A program made the translations under genes and the position numbers. Of a stretch of 46,524 bases of DNA, positions 18,622-29,877 are shown in pieces. The notes beneath the pieces were generated by a model. That model did no database searches. It was not told where the DNA came from and was given only the letters and a program-made list of their open reading frames with translations. Source of the DNA: Spirochaetota bacterium (GTDB lineage Bacteria > Spirochaetota > UBA4802 > JAFGDQ01); the NCBI GenBank assembly GCA_043803405.1, contig JAZDKB010000030.1:1-46524 (forward strand), read 5' to 3'. Position 1 is the first letter of the stretch. Every line of letters starts with the position of its first letter.

Positions 18622-19812
18622 ATGAATCAGTTAAAAAAAATCGTTTTAAAAGAATCTGGTAAATTCAGACCACCTCATCCATGGATTTACAGGAATAGTA
18701 TTTCTTATGTTGATCCTGGCATTAAAGCCGGAGATATTGCGGCAATAGTTAAATATAACGGCATATTCCTTGGGATTGGCTATTATAATCCAAAATCGGT
18801 AATTGCGGTCAGATTGCTGTCCGATATTGATGAACCAATAAATAAGCAGTTTTTTATTGATCGGATTTCCATTGCATTCGCAAAACGGGAACCGATAAAA
18901 AAAATATCCAATGCTTTCCGTATTATTTCCAGCGAAGCTGACGGATTGCCTGGACTTATTGCGGATATATATAATGACACAATTGTTTTTCAGATATCTA
19001 CACTTGGAATGGAGCATTTTAAGCAGGATATAATTTCAGCAATGCATGATGTCATTAAGCCAGTCTATATATATGAAAAAAGCGACTCTTCCGGCCGCGC
19101 TATTGAAGGCTTAAAGCCGGAATCCGGCTGGCATGGCGCAAAAGGAAACGGGATTGTCGAAATATACGAAAACAATGCAGTATTTATTATTGATATTGTT
19201 CATGGCCATAAAACCGGGTTTTATCTGGATCAGCGAAAAGCCCGCCTTGCTGCAGGTAATTTCGCAAAAGGAAGGAATGTGCTGGATGTATTTTGCTATA
19301 CAGGTGGATTTGCAATACATTGCGCTTTAAAGAAGGCGGTGCATGTCACATGTATCGATACAAAAAATGACTGGCTGCTTAATGTTAGAAAAAATTCTGA
19401 GAAGAATAATGTATCGGATGTTATTGAATGCATAAAAGGAGATGCCTTTAATATTCTGCATAAATACTGGCAGGATAAAGTCTTTTTTGATATGATTATT
19501 CTTGATCCGCCGTCTTTTGTTAAAACCAGGCACGCTTTAAAAACTGCTGTTAAAGGATACCTCGATCTTAACCGCAGCGCCATGAGGTTATTGACAGGGA
19601 AAGGCATTCTTTGCACATTCAGCTGTTCGCACCATATAACAGGCGATATTTTTTTTGATATGCTTAAAAAAGCCGCTGAACTGGAAAATAAAATACTATC
19701 TGTTTTAAAACGCTGTCATCAGGATAAAGATCATCCTATTATCAAGGGAATACCGGAAAGTGAATACTTAAAGGGATATTTTTTTTCAGTAGAATCGAAA
19801 AATGAAAAGTAA
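18622..19812 (+). CDS. rlmI: RlmI-family SAM-dependent rRNA m5C methyltransferase
   Basis: HPWIY PUA domain, SEADGLPGL, GHKTGFYLDQR, LDVFCYTGGF, ILDPPSF, TFSCS and YLK motifs. Confidence 0.85.
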   Translation: MNQLKKIVLKESGKFRPPHPWIYRNSISYVDPGIKAGDIAAIVKYNGIFLGIGYYNPKSVIAVRLLSDIDEPINKQFFIDRISIAFAKREPIKKISNAFRIISSEADGLPGLIADIYNDTIVFQISTLGMEHFKQDIISAMHDVIKPVYIYEKSDSSGRAIEGLKPESGWHGAKGNGIVEIYENNAVFIIDIVHGHKTGFYLDQRKARLAAGNFAKGRNVLDVFCYTGGFAIHCALKKAVHVTCIDTKNDWLLNVRKNSEKNNVSDVIECIKGDAFNILHKYWQDKVFFDMIILDPPSFVKTRHALKTAVKGYLDLNRSAMRLLTGKGILCTFSCSHHITGDIFFDMLKKAAELENKILSVLKRCHQDKDHPIIKGIPESEYLKGYFFSVESKNEK

Positions 19813-19943
19813 ATTATAATAATATTATCACGTCACATATCAGTATCCAGAGAAAATTGATAATTATTATCCCGAAAACTATTATGATATATTAATTTAT
19901 TTTATTCCAAAACAAGGGTTGTATCAGGAGGAATGCTTAAAAT

Positions 19944-19984
19944 ATAAAAAAGGGTGGCATGTTAACAATACCACCCTTTTATAT
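19944..19984. terminator. Bidirectional terminator
   Basis: TATAAAAAGGGTGG...CCACCCTTTTATA. Confidence 0.8.
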
Positions 19985-20003
19985 ATTATTACGCAAAGCA
20001 AAT

Positions 20004-20168
20004 TTATTTCTTTGCTTTTTCAGCAGGAGCATCTTTAGGAGCTTCTTTTGCTGGTTCTGCTGGTTGAGCTTGTTCAGCTGGTTTTGGATCTTCAGTTTTT
20101 TTGCAGCTCATTAAAGCTATTGAGCAAAGTAAACTGACTGCAAGAATTGCCAATGTGATTTTTTTCAT
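20004..20168 (-). CDS. Small Pro/Ala/Glu/Lys-rich lipoprotein (54 aa), not in ORF track
   Basis: AAGGAGGTG SD; MKKITLAILAVSLLCSIALMSCKKTEDPKPAEQAQPAEPAKEAPKDAPAEKAKK; own terminator. Confidence 0.85.
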   Translation of the reverse strand: MKKITLAILAVSLLCSIALMSCKKTEDPKPAEQAQPAEPAKEAPKDAPAEKAKK

Positions 20169-20412
20169 TAAAATCACCTCCTTTTGGATTGAATTATATA
20201 AATTAATTTTAAAATTAATTTCCAGTAATTTTAGTTTTCACAATTTTGTTTTAGTTAAGTGAGTTACTGAAACAAACATTTGAACATAAATTGCAAAGTT
20301 TTAAAAAAGTCAATAGATTTTTGTTAAATTTTTTCAGTTTAGCAGCCGTTGAAAAATCGTAATGTGGGTACTTTATGGCTTGTATTCCCGGTTTATTAGA
20401 AATTGTAACTTC

Positions 20413-20673
20413 TTATTTGTTTTTTTCCGGTTCTTTCGGCTTGTCGCAATTAGCTTTGCAATCAATTAATGCTTTTTCACATTCAGAAGTTTTTGCTTTT
20501 CTCTCTGTTTTTTTGGCTTTTTTTGCAGCATTTTTGCATTTTTTGTTTTCTTTCTGGCAATCTGCTACACAGGGCCCTTCCTTTGCTTTTGTTTCTTTCC
20601 TCTCAGCCTGTGCGCTGTTTAAAAATGCAAGAGCAATAAAAATTGTGATCCATATTGTAAGTAACCGTTTCAT
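20413..20673 (-). CDS. Small secreted Lys-rich protein with six Cys
   Basis: AGGAG SD; signal peptide; Cx3Cx6C ... Cx6Cx3C pattern. Confidence 0.75.
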   Translation of the reverse strand: MKRLLTIWITIFIALAFLNSAQAERKETKAKEGPCVADCQKENKKCKNAAKKAKKTERKAKTSECEKALIDCKANCDKPKEPEKNK

Positions 20674-21112
20674 TCAGCACTCTCCTGTTTTAATATAAGC
20701 TCAGTGAAATTAACTGGCTTTTAAAAACGAACTGGTTCGTGAATTATATTCGAGTTTGTATATTTTTCAAGCTTTTTTTAATCTATTAAGGGTCTAATTC
20801 CCAACAGCACTGCTGCGAGGAGGATTCATTTCATTTAAATAATAGAATTTTTTATGGCATGAAAATTGATTATTATACCCTTATGGACTATTTAATGATA
20901 TAATGGAATTGCTAAACGGCCAAATTAATTGCCTGTTTAAACAGATTAATGAAATACAAGTTAGGAATAATATAATAAATTGACAGTTTCGCGTGTTTCA
21001 GTAGATTTTTAATTTTTAGCACTATTAAGCACTAAAAACGAAAGTGACAGTATTATAGAATTCATCTTGAGAATAGCCGGTGTTCCGAAACCCGCATCGT
21101 GTATATTAGATA

Positions 21113-22105
21113 ATGAAGATAATAAATAATATAATATTTATAGCTGTAATATTAGCAACTCATTCTTTATGGAGTATGGACATTAAGGATTACAGCACAT
21201 ATTATGGTACAGGTATTTTAAATAAGATAGGCGCGGAAATTTTTATTATAAGAAAATATTCAACAAATAACAATATATATTTTCTGACAGTGAATCCGCG
21301 CAGTCTGCAAACATCGGTGATAGAGGACACCGACATAAAGTTCAACATAATAAAAAGCTCTTTGCAGGATATACGGACAAAGTACAGAGATACAAATTAT
21401 ATTAAATCGCTAATACATGCTGAGAAAAACGCCCTTCCTTTGCAGAATGCAGGCATTACGAATATCCGTGTGCCGGGGGCAGGTGTTTTTCTCACGGCCG
21501 ATCTTTGCCCGTCCGGGCTGCCTTTAGACAAACTGTTATTTACCGAAACAATAGAAAAATTTACAAATACCTCTAAACCATTGCCGGTAGGATTATGCGT
21601 TACAGGGCTATGGCTTGAAAAACATGCTGAAGATGTGAAGTGGATAAACGCTTTATATCAGAAAGGCGCATTATCTGTAACCTGGATTAATCATTCATAT
21701 TATCACAGGTTTGCAAAGGATTTGCCGCTAAAAAATAATTTTTTATTAATGCCGGGTGTTAAGCTTGATAATGAAGTACTTAACACGGAAAAGAAGATGC
21801 TGGAACTTGGACTTGTGCCCTCGGTATTTTTTCGTTTTCCGGGGCTTGTGTCGGACCGTGAATTGTTCTTTAAAATTACCGGTTATGGTCTTATTCCTTT
21901 AGGCAGCGATGCGTGGCTTGCGAAAAATCAAGAGCCGAAAGAAGGCAGCATTGTTCTTGTGCACGCAAATGGAAATGAACCTGCCGGCATTTATCGTTTT
22001 TTTAAGCTGCTTAAGGATGAAAGAGAGAACATAACAAAAAAGCGCTGGTATTTACTTGATTTGAGAGAAAGTCTGTCGCAGATGATAAATGACTCATTTG
22101 ACTGA
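21113..22105 (+). CDS. Secreted polysaccharide deacetylase-like protein
   Basis: Signal peptide; LTADLCPS, NHSYYH, FFRFPGL and LVHANGNE (NodB-like motifs). Confidence 0.75.
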   Translation: MKIINNIIFIAVILATHSLWSMDIKDYSTYYGTGILNKIGAEIFIIRKYSTNNNIYFLTVNPRSLQTSVIEDTDIKFNIIKSSLQDIRTKYRDTNYIKSLIHAEKNALPLQNAGITNIRVPGAGVFLTADLCPSGLPLDKLLFTETIEKFTNTSKPLPVGLCVTGLWLEKHAEDVKWINALYQKGALSVTWINHSYYHRFAKDLPLKNNFLLMPGVKLDNEVLNTEKKMLELGLVPSVFFRFPGLVSDRELFFKITGYGLIPLGSDAWLAKNQEPKEGSIVLVHANGNEPAGIYRFFKLLKDERENITKKRWYLLDLRESLSQMINDSFD

Positions 22106-22125
22106 CTTTTTTATTATGTATACGG

Positions 22126-22239
22126 GATAAATGTCATAGTAATCATCAATTTTAAGGCGGCAGGATGCCGCCGCGAGCTGCTTCTTACAGGATGTATGCA
22201 TTAGCGGCGAGAAAATTGATGATTACTATGACATTTATC
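22126..22239. repeat. 114-bp palindromic MITE-like element with perfect 28-bp terminal inverted repeats
   Basis: GATAAATGTCATAGTAATCATCAATTTT (22126-22153) is the exact reverse complement of 22212-22239. Confidence 0.85.
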
Positions 22240-22345
22240 TATAATTTAATTTTAATATTATGGGAAAAGTCAGCCAGGATGAGAAATTTAAACATCGTAA
22301 ACGCTATTGACAATATTACTATTTTAAGGGAGTAGCCCTGTATAT

Positions 22346-23734
22346 ATGTCCGACAAATCAACGAAGATATCCGCGCTGGTTGTAACCGGAATTACATCTT
22401 TCCTTGCTCCTTTTATGCTTTCCGGAGTCAACATTATTTTACCCAGCATTCAGAAAGAGTTTTCCGTAAATGCAGTTGCCTTGAACTGGATTGCTTCATC
22501 CTCAATACTCGCTACATCTGTTCTGCTAATTCCTGCAGGCAAACTTGCTGACATATATGGAAGAAAGAAAATCTATGTGCTGGGAATCATTGTATTTACT
22601 ATTTCCAGTTTTTTATGCGCTTTTGCAGGTTCCATAGAGACTCTTATTATTTTAAGAATGATTCAGGGTACAGGAAGCGCCATGCTTATTACAACAGGCG
22701 TGGCTATTTTAATATCCATTTTTCCTGTTAAAGAACGCGGGAGCGCGATCGGCATTAACGTAGCAGCTATTTATCTTGGCCTTTCGGCAGGGCCGTTCAT
22801 CGGCGGACTTATCAATTATTATTTTTCGTGGAAATATATTTTTCTTTGTATTGCACCGTTTGGTCTTACGTCAATTGTCTTATCCATTCTTTTTTTAAAA
22901 GGCGAATGGGCTGATGCAAAGGGAGAAAAATTTGACCTGATAGGCAGCATAATATACGGGATATCGCTTGTAATGCTTATGTACGGAGTATCCATTTTAC
23001 CGCAAATGAAGGCATTTATTATGATTATTTCCGGCTGCATCGGACTTGTCGGGTTTACCGCACGCGAAATTAAAATCGGGTATCCTGTTTTTGAAGTGAG
23101 GCTTTTCCGGCATAATAAAATATTTTTATTTTCCTCCCTTGCGACCCTCATCAACTATGCTTCCACTTTTGCGATTACTTTTTTACTGAGCCTTTATTTG
23201 CAGTATATATTGAATATGTCTTCACGAAAAGCAGGATTTGTTCTTGTTGCCCAGCCGATTATGCAGGCGATCATTTCGCCTTATGCAGGCAGGTTATCCG
23301 ACAGGATAGAACCTGCAATTATTGCAACTATCGGTATGGCCATAAATACAATAGGTTTGCTGCTGCTTGCTTTCCTGAACCCCGGAATATCGCTTGCATT
23401 TATTATATGCGTGCTTATATTCCTGGGTTTCGGATACGCGTTATTTTCTTCGCCAAATACGAATGCAATAATGAGTTCCGTTGAAAAGAGGCATTACGGC
23501 ATTGCTTCCGGATCAGTGGCGACAATGAGGTCCATCGGAATGACTCTGAGCATGGCAATTACTACTATAGTTTTTGCCATTAATATAGGGGAAACGGAGA
23601 TCACACCTGCTCATTATTCCGAATTTGAGAGTAGCGTGAGAATCGCGTTTATTATATTTGCTGTTCTTTCGGCAGCCGGAGCGGTTTGTTCTTCTGCCAG
23701 GGGAAAATTAAACAGGGGGAATAACAATGCCTAA
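22346..23734 (+). CDS. MFS transporter (DHA2-like, ~14 TM)
   Basis: GKLADIYGRKK motif A, RMIQG, GPFIGG motif C and GRLSDR. Confidence 0.92.
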   Translation: MSDKSTKISALVVTGITSFLAPFMLSGVNIILPSIQKEFSVNAVALNWIASSSILATSVLLIPAGKLADIYGRKKIYVLGIIVFTISSFLCAFAGSIETLIILRMIQGTGSAMLITTGVAILISIFPVKERGSAIGINVAAIYLGLSAGPFIGGLINYYFSWKYIFLCIAPFGLTSIVLSILFLKGEWADAKGEKFDLIGSIIYGISLVMLMYGVSILPQMKAFIMIISGCIGLVGFTAREIKIGYPVFEVRLFRHNKIFLFSSLATLINYASTFAITFLLSLYLQYILNMSSRKAGFVLVAQPIMQAIISPYAGRLSDRIEPAIIATIGMAINTIGLLLLAFLNPGISLAFIICVLIFLGFGYALFSSPNTNAIMSSVEKRHYGIASGSVATMRSIGMTLSMAITTIVFAINIGETEITPAHYSEFESSVRIAFIIFAVLSAAGAVCSSARGKLNRGNNNA

Positions 23735-24728
23735 TTTTAATAAAATTATAAAAATTATTTTATTGTTATTTATTATTTGTTTAAACGCAGCATATACGGT
23801 TGCTGCGGGGGATTATAAAGGAATCCCGCGAACCATTGCGCATGATTTTCTGGATTTAGAGAAACCGTTCGGCGCAGGAACTGCCCACGAAGAATATATT
23901 ATTAAGCTTATCAATAAAGCGGCCTCAAAGATAACAGTTAAGAACAACTACAGCACCGAAGAAGCGGTCAGGACAATGGGAATTATACATTCTCTTCTTA
24001 AGGAAGAGGGATTTGTTTTTAAACAAAATCTGCTCCTGAATACGGGTATTGATAAAAAAATAATCGACTGCGATAATTATTCCGCGTTTTATACTGCGAT
24101 ATCCGAAGTCCTGCATCTGCCTGTCATCCCGGTTTACGCTCCCAATCACAGCTTTGTAAGGTTCAACTTTAATGATGGATCGTACATTAACTGGGAGCCG
24201 CTTGAAGGTAAAAGTTATCCTGATGCGTACTACGTTAAAAAATTAAACATTGCAGAAAAATCGATTAAGCAGGGGGTTTATTTAAAAAGCCTGAGCAGAA
24301 AGGAATTTATCGGTGTAGAATACAATAATATCGGTGCCTATCTTATGAGTATGAAAAAATTCGGCGATGCCATTCCTTATTTTGACGAAGCTGTAAAGCT
24401 TTACCCGCAGTTTTCCTCTGCGTATCATAACCGCGGCACTTCTTTTTACGCGCTTAAACAGATCGATAAAGCTTTTGCAGATCTTACTTATGCCGATAAG
24501 CTTGATCCGACGCAGAGCAGTACTCAAAACACCCTGGGCGATATATGCTTTGACCGCAAAGAATACATGAAAGCCTTCGACCATTATGTGGAAAGCATTA
24601 AACTTGATCCGCATAATTATGCTCCCTATTACGGCCTTGGGCTTATTATGAAAAATGCGGGAAAGAATAAAGAAGCTGAAGAATGGTTTAAAAAATCCAA
24701 AGAGATTAAAAGGAAAAGGAGAAATTAA
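23727..24728 (+). CDS. Secreted transglutaminase-like plus TPR protein
   Basis: Signal peptide; DCDNY...APNHSFVR...NWE (candidate Cys-His-acid triad); four C-terminal TPRs. Confidence 0.75.
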   Translation: MPNFNKIIKIILLLFIICLNAAYTVAAGDYKGIPRTIAHDFLDLEKPFGAGTAHEEYIIKLINKAASKITVKNNYSTEEAVRTMGIIHSLLKEEGFVFKQNLLLNTGIDKKIIDCDNYSAFYTAISEVLHLPVIPVYAPNHSFVRFNFNDGSYINWEPLEGKSYPDAYYVKKLNIAEKSIKQGVYLKSLSRKEFIGVEYNNIGAYLMSMKKFGDAIPYFDEAVKLYPQFSSAYHNRGTSFYALKQIDKAFADLTYADKLDPTQSSTQNTLGDICFDRKEYMKAFDHYVESIKLDPHNYAPYYGLGLIMKNAGKNKEAEEWFKKSKEIKRKRRN

Positions 24729-25022
24729 AAATTTATTAGTAAAATTTTCTTGCTTAAATATCTGGTCAGGACTATAATTAGAACATATTATTTATTATTT
24801 TTGCACCGTATTTTATTGGGATTTATGCGATTTTGTGCCCTTGACATGTGTGCGATAAAGCAAAATCAATATCGTTCTATCATCGATTGCCTGCTTATTT
24901 ATTGATATTGTCGATATCTGTACCAACGACAAATATCGCTTTGACCTTCTGCTTTGAACAATAATTCAAGATATTTGACGCTGATTATACCGGCTATAAA
25001 CGCCATTTTGCAGAGGACGAAT

Positions 25023-26696
25023 ATGCTGTCTGTATTTGTATTGGCAATTTCGGCACTGTTTCAATTTTTAGCAGCAATATCGGCTTTTCGGCTGATAGAG
25101 GTGACCGGAAAAAGCAAATCCTGGATATGTATCTCTATTGGCCTTTGCCTTATGGGACTTCGTCGTCTGATTCCTATTTACAACTGGTTTTTTTCCCCTG
25201 GTATTTTTGTTCCAAATTTAGAATACGAAATTGTCGGCCTGGTTTTGTCCGTATTTATGTTTTTCGGAGTCCATTGGATCAGCCCGCTGTTTATAGAACG
25301 CAAGCGGGCAGAGGAAAAGATATGCAGTCTTAACGAAGAATTAGAGCAAAAAATAATTGAACGCACTTCTGAGCTTCAATTTTTAAACGGCCAGCTGGAA
25401 AGAGAAATAGAAGAACGCAAACAGGCTGAGAAAGAATTGATGCGCAGTATGGCGGAACTTTCCGTTCTTTACAGGATAAATAGTGCTATTGCGGAATCAC
25501 TGAACATGGACAGGACGCTAAAAAATTGCCTGGAATCCACTCTGGAGACCCTGAATATTGAAGCCGGGGGCATTTATTTAATGGAACAGGACGGAGAATC
25601 ATTGGTGTTGTGCGCCCACAGGGGCCATTCTGAAGAATTTGTAAAGACAATTGAGCATCTTAAAACAGGCGAGGGTATTTCAGGAAAAGCTGTGGCAGAG
25701 AGACGGCCGATTATACTTGCTATCTCCGATTATCCCACAGAAAGATTAGCGCCGCTTCTTATAGGTGAAGGTCTTAAGACAATGGCGAGCATTCCGCTTG
25801 TGTCTGCCGGCAAGGTAGTCGGTGCGCTTAATATCGGGACAGTGCGTGCACGTGCTTTTCCTTCCGATGAACTGGATATGCTTTCTGCCATAGGCCAGCA
25901 GCTTGGAAATGCAGTGCAAAACGCCAGATTATATGAGGCAGTTCAAAAGGAACTGACTGAACGCAGGCGGGCGGAGGAAGCGTTGCAGCAGCGCACTTTG
26001 CAATTGGAAATGATAAACAAAGAGCTGGAAGCGTTTTCATATTCCGTTTCCCACGACCTGAGGGCTCCCCTCCGCGCAATAGACGGCTTTTCACAAGTCC
26101 TTCTGGAAAGTAATTCCGGGCTTTTCGATGATGACGCGCTCAGATACTTTAATATTATCAGAAACAATACCCAGTTCATGGGCAAGCTTATAGATGATCT
26201 GTTGTCGTTTTCCCGGATTGGCAAAAAGGAAATGCATTTTTCGCAAATTAATATGGAGCGGCTGCCGGTGGAAGTTTTTGAACGGATAAAGTCGGGATAC
26301 AGCGGCCGCGATGTTGAATTTAAAATAATGTCTCCGTTCGAAGCATACGGCGATATAAATATGATCAATATTGTACTTACGAACCTGATTTCAAATGCGT
26401 TTAAATTTACAGAAAAAAATAATTCTACTGTAATTGAATTCGGAGGTTCGGAAGAGAAGAATGAAAATATTTACTATGTAAGGGATAACGGGGCAGGGTT
26501 TGATATGAAGTATGTCAATAAACTTTTCGGGGTTTTCCAGCGGCTCCACTCAAAAGACGAATTTGAGGGCACGGGCGTAGGACTTGCTCTTGTTCAGCGC
26601 ATCATTCACAGGCACGGCGGCAGGGTATGGGCTGAAGCTAAAGTTAATGAAGGCGCTACATTATATTTCACTTTGCCAAAAGGAGGCAGTGTATGA
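25023..26696 (+). CDS. Membrane sensor histidine kinase (3 TM, GAF, HisKA, HATPase)
   Basis: GAGGA SD before ATG 25023; [29 protein letters not shown] and GTGVGL motifs. Confidence 0.92.
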   Translation: MLSVFVLAISALFQFLAAISAFRLIEVTGKSKSWICISIGLCLMGLRRLIPIYNWFFSPGIFVPNLEYEIVGLVLSVFMFFGVHWISPLFIERKRAEEKICSLNEELEQKIIERTSELQFLNGQLEREIEERKQAEKELMRSMAELSVLYRINSAIAESLNMDRTLKNCLESTLETLNIEAGGIYLMEQDGESLVLCAHRGHSEEFVKTIEHLKTGEGISGKAVAERRPIILAISDYPTERLAPLLIGEGLKTMASIPLVSAGKVVGALNIGTVRARAFPSDELDMLSAIGQQLGNAVQNARLYEAVQKELTERRRAEEALQQRTLQLEMINKELEAFSYSVSHDLRAPLRAIDGFSQVLLESNSGLFDDDALRYFNIIRNNTQFMGKLIDDLLSFSRIGKKEMHFSQINMERLPVEVFERIKSGYSGRDVEFKIMSPFEAYGDINMINIVLTNLISNAFKFTEKNNSTVIEFGGSEEKNENIYYVRDNGAGFDMKYVNKLFGVFQRLHSKDEFEGTGVGLALVQRIIHRHGGRVWAEAKVNEGATLYFTLPKGGSV

Positions 26697-27139
26697 CCGA
26701 ACAGAATATTGTGGATATTTTGCTGGTTGAAGACAATCCGAACGATGTTGAACTGACACTTATAGCATTAAAGAAAAATAATCTGGCCAACAATATCCGG
26801 GTAGTTAAGGACGGGGAAGAGGCGCTTGAATTCATTTTCGGCGGCGGCCGGTATTTATCACGTAATGTCGATTTGCGTCCAAAGGTAATATTGCTGGATA
26901 TTAAATTGCCCAAGGTTGATGGAATAGAAGTGCTAAAGCAGGTCCGATCGTCCGACAAAACAAAAAAAATACCGGTAGTTATTTTAACTTCTTCAAAAGA
27001 AGAGAGGGATATCGTTGAGAGCTACAGGCTTGGCGTTAACAGCTATGTCGTAAAGCCCGTTCAGTTCGAAGATTTTATCGATGTTGTCAGGGATCTCGGA
27101 CTCTACTGGCTTGTTATTAATCAGCCCCCGGCAGTTTAA
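26693..27139 (+). CDS. Single-domain response regulator (Rcp1-like)
   Basis: [24 protein letters not shown] and YVVKPV motifs. Confidence 0.92.
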   Translation: MTEQNIVDILLVEDNPNDVELTLIALKKNNLANNIRVVKDGEEALEFIFGGGRYLSRNVDLRPKVILLDIKLPKVDGIEVLKQVRSSDKTKKIPVVILTSSKEERDIVESYRLGVNSYVVKPVQFEDFIDVVRDLGLYWLVINQPPAV

Positions 27140-27177
27140 TTATTATTAATAATTTAAATATTATTTAATTATATATT

Positions 27178-29649
27178 ATGGATAAAAAAATAAAAATACT
27201 GTTTCTTGAGGATAATGACGCGGATGCGGAATTAATTATGCTGGAATTTATTAAATCCGGCTTTAAATTTGAACCCAGACGCGTTGAAACCCGCGAGCAG
27301 TATATAAGAGAACTGTCGGACTTCGGCCCGGATATTATACTTGCAGATTACAGTCTGCCGGCATTTGACGGCATGGAAGCACTCCGCATGCTTTACCGTC
27401 AACAATTAAGAATCCCGTTTATTTTTGTTACAGGCAGTCTTGGAGAAGAACTTGCCGTGGAGACGGTAAAACGCGGAGCCACGGATTACATACTGAAAGA
27501 TAACCTCTCAAGACTTGTTCCCACCGTGAAACGCGCGCTTAGAGAAACGAAAGACAGAAGGAAGCTTGAGGAAGCGGAAAAGGCTCTCAGAGAAAATGAA
27601 AGAATGCTCAATGAAGCCGAAAAAGTTGCCAGGATCGGAAGCTGGACTTTTAACTTTGCCGAAAAAAAAGTTAAATGGTCTTCGGAAATGTACTCGTTAT
27701 TCGGCATAAACCCCGATGAATTTGACGGATCAATGAAGATGGCAATCAGAAATGTTCATTGTGACGATCTTCCGTTTGTTAAAAAAATTATAAAAAACGT
27801 ATTGATGGATAACAGGCTTGCTCCCATGGAATTTCGTATATCCTGTCCGGACTATGAACGAATCGCGTGCATTGAAGGCAAAGTGGAAAAAAACGAGAAG
27901 GGTGAGCCTTTGCGTGTGGCCGGATATGTTCAGGACATTACCGATCGCAGAAAGATTGAGACCGAGCTGTTGAACCACCGCCAGCATCTTGAAGACCTGG
28001 TAAAGAAAAGAACAACGGAACTGGAAAAAATAAACACAATGCTTGAATCGGAAATAGCGGAGCGCAAACAGATTGAAAAGGAATTAATCAGGGAACGCAA
28101 TATGCTCCGTACTCTTATAAACAGCCTTCCGGATGATATTTATGCCAAGGATAAAGAAAGCAGGTTTATTATGGCTAATTTGCATGTTCTGCGGACATTT
28201 AAACAAAATAATTTTGAAGATATTTACGGAAAAACCGATTTTGATATTCTGCCGAAATATGAAGCTGAAAAAGCATATTCCAAGGATTTAGCCGTGTTAC
28301 AGCATAACGGGCAGACTATCAGTTATGAAGAACATATTATGGAGCCGGGCGGCAAGATCCGGTGGCTTGATGTTACGAAAGCTCCAATGCGGGACAAGAA
28401 AGGCGAAATTACAGGACTGGTCGGCATTAACAGGGATATTACGCAATTCAAAGAAATAGAAGAGAACCTTCAGAAAGCCAAGGAGGCGGCTGAAACCGCG
28501 AACCTTGCAAAAAGTACATTCCTGTCCAACATGTCGCATGAGATACGAACGCCGCTTAACGCCATCCTGGGATTTTCGGAGTTAATACTTCATGATGAAA
28601 ATCTTACCAAAGACCAGGTCGAATGGATTCAGACAATAAACCGCAGCGGTGAGCATCTGCTGGCTCTTATTAATGACATCCTGGAAGTTTCGAGAATAGA
28701 AGCCGGCCGCATTACCTTTAATCCGTCAACTTTTGATCTGCACGCTATGCTTCTTGACATAGAGTCGATGTTCAGGGTGGAGACGGATGAGAAGAAATTG
28801 AATTTTTTTCTTGAGTACCAGGAAGACCTTCCAAGATTCGTTGTAACAGACGAAGGCAAACTGCGGCAGATTCTTATAAACATTGTCGGCAATTCGGTTA
28901 AATTTACAGAAAATGGCGGCGTTGTTCTAAGGATACGCACCGAAACGGAAAAATCCGGCAGGATGCGGCTTAAAGCAGAGGTGGAAGATACGGGGCCCGG
29001 CATTGCGGAAAAAGATATGGCAGCATTATTCCAGATGTTCGCCCAGGCTGAGGCCGGAATTAAAGAAGGGGGAACCGGGCTTGGACTCGCGATAAGCCAG
29101 CAATATGCAAAGATAATGGGCGGAATTATTACAGTGAAAAGCGAGCTTGGAAAATACACATGCTTTGAAATAAAAATAAATATTGAGAGGGGTGCGGATT
29201 TGCCCGCAAATGAAAATGTTAAGAATCATAAAAGGCGGGTTATCGGGATAAAGCCGGGGCAGAAACAATATAAGGTTCTTGTGGCAGACGACAGGGAAAA
29301 TAACCGCAAATTACTCAGGGATATGCTTACGTCCGTGGGTTTTGCTGTTGAAATAGCTGTAAACGGGATGGAAGCCATAGAAAAGTTCGAAGCATCGAAA
29401 CCTGACATTATTCTTATGGATATGCGCATGCCTGTTTTAAATGGTTATGAGGCGATCCGCAAAATAAGGGCAATGGACAGTGGTAAAACTCCCATAGCTG
29501 CGGTAACAGCAAGCGCTTTTTTAGAGGACCGCAAAAAAGCTCTCGACGCAGGAGCAGACACGTACCTGCGCAAGCCTTTCAAGGAAAATGAAATATTTAT
29601 ATGTATAGGCTCATGCCTTGGAATTCAGTATGTTTTCGATGAGAAATAG
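27178..29649 (+). CDS. Hybrid histidine kinase (REC-PAS-PAS-HisKA-HATPase-REC)
   Basis: N-terminal REC; DITD/DITQ PAS-PAC ends; FLSNMSHEIRTPLN; GGTGLGL; C-terminal REC. Confidence 0.93.
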   Translation: MDKKIKILFLEDNDADAELIMLEFIKSGFKFEPRRVETREQYIRELSDFGPDIILADYSLPAFDGMEALRMLYRQQLRIPFIFVTGSLGEELAVETVKRGATDYILKDNLSRLVPTVKRALRETKDRRKLEEAEKALRENERMLNEAEKVARIGSWTFNFAEKKVKWSSEMYSLFGINPDEFDGSMKMAIRNVHCDDLPFVKKIIKNVLMDNRLAPMEFRISCPDYERIACIEGKVEKNEKGEPLRVAGYVQDITDRRKIETELLNHRQHLEDLVKKRTTELEKINTMLESEIAERKQIEKELIRERNMLRTLINSLPDDIYAKDKESRFIMANLHVLRTFKQNNFEDIYGKTDFDILPKYEAEKAYSKDLAVLQHNGQTISYEEHIMEPGGKIRWLDVTKAPMRDKKGEITGLVGINRDITQFKEIEENLQKAKEAAETANLAKSTFLSNMSHEIRTPLNAILGFSELILHDENLTKDQVEWIQTINRSGEHLLALINDILEVSRIEAGRITFNPSTFDLHAMLLDIESMFRVETDEKKLNFFLEYQEDLPRFVVTDEGKLRQILINIVGNSVKFTENGGVVLRIRTETEKSGRMRLKAEVEDTGPGIAEKDMAALFQMFAQAEAGIKEGGTGLGLAISQQYAKIMGGIITVKSELGKYTCFEIKINIERGADLPANENVKNHKRRVIGIKPGQKQYKVLVADDRENNRKLLRDMLTSVGFAVEIAVNGMEAIEKFEASKPDIILMDMRMPVLNGYEAIRKIRAMDSGKTPIAAVTASAFLEDRKKALDAGADTYLRKPFKENEIFICIGSCLGIQYVFDEK

Positions 29650-29877
29650 TACACTGGCACTATTAATCCCTAAAATTGAATGTGATAGTGTAATATACTT
29701 TAAGCTGCATTCAATCAAACGAAAAAAATCCTTTGCTTTTTTCCGGATTTAATGATAAAGTAATAACGGGACAAAACTCACTTATTATAGCTTATTATAA
29801 AACCCGCAAACGTAATTTCCAAAACTGCCGATGGTGAACTGTTTAAAATTTGTTTATTAATATTCCGGAAAATAAAA

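Noticed and set aside
20855..20870. Sigma54-like promoter TGGCATGAAAATTGA
   Set aside because: The -12 element is GA rather than GC and it lies ~240 bp from the next gene; unsupported on its own.
27137..27179. Tract of ~40 bp containing only A/T before the hybrid kinase
   Set aside because: Consistent with the AT-rich intergenic background; no specific structure.
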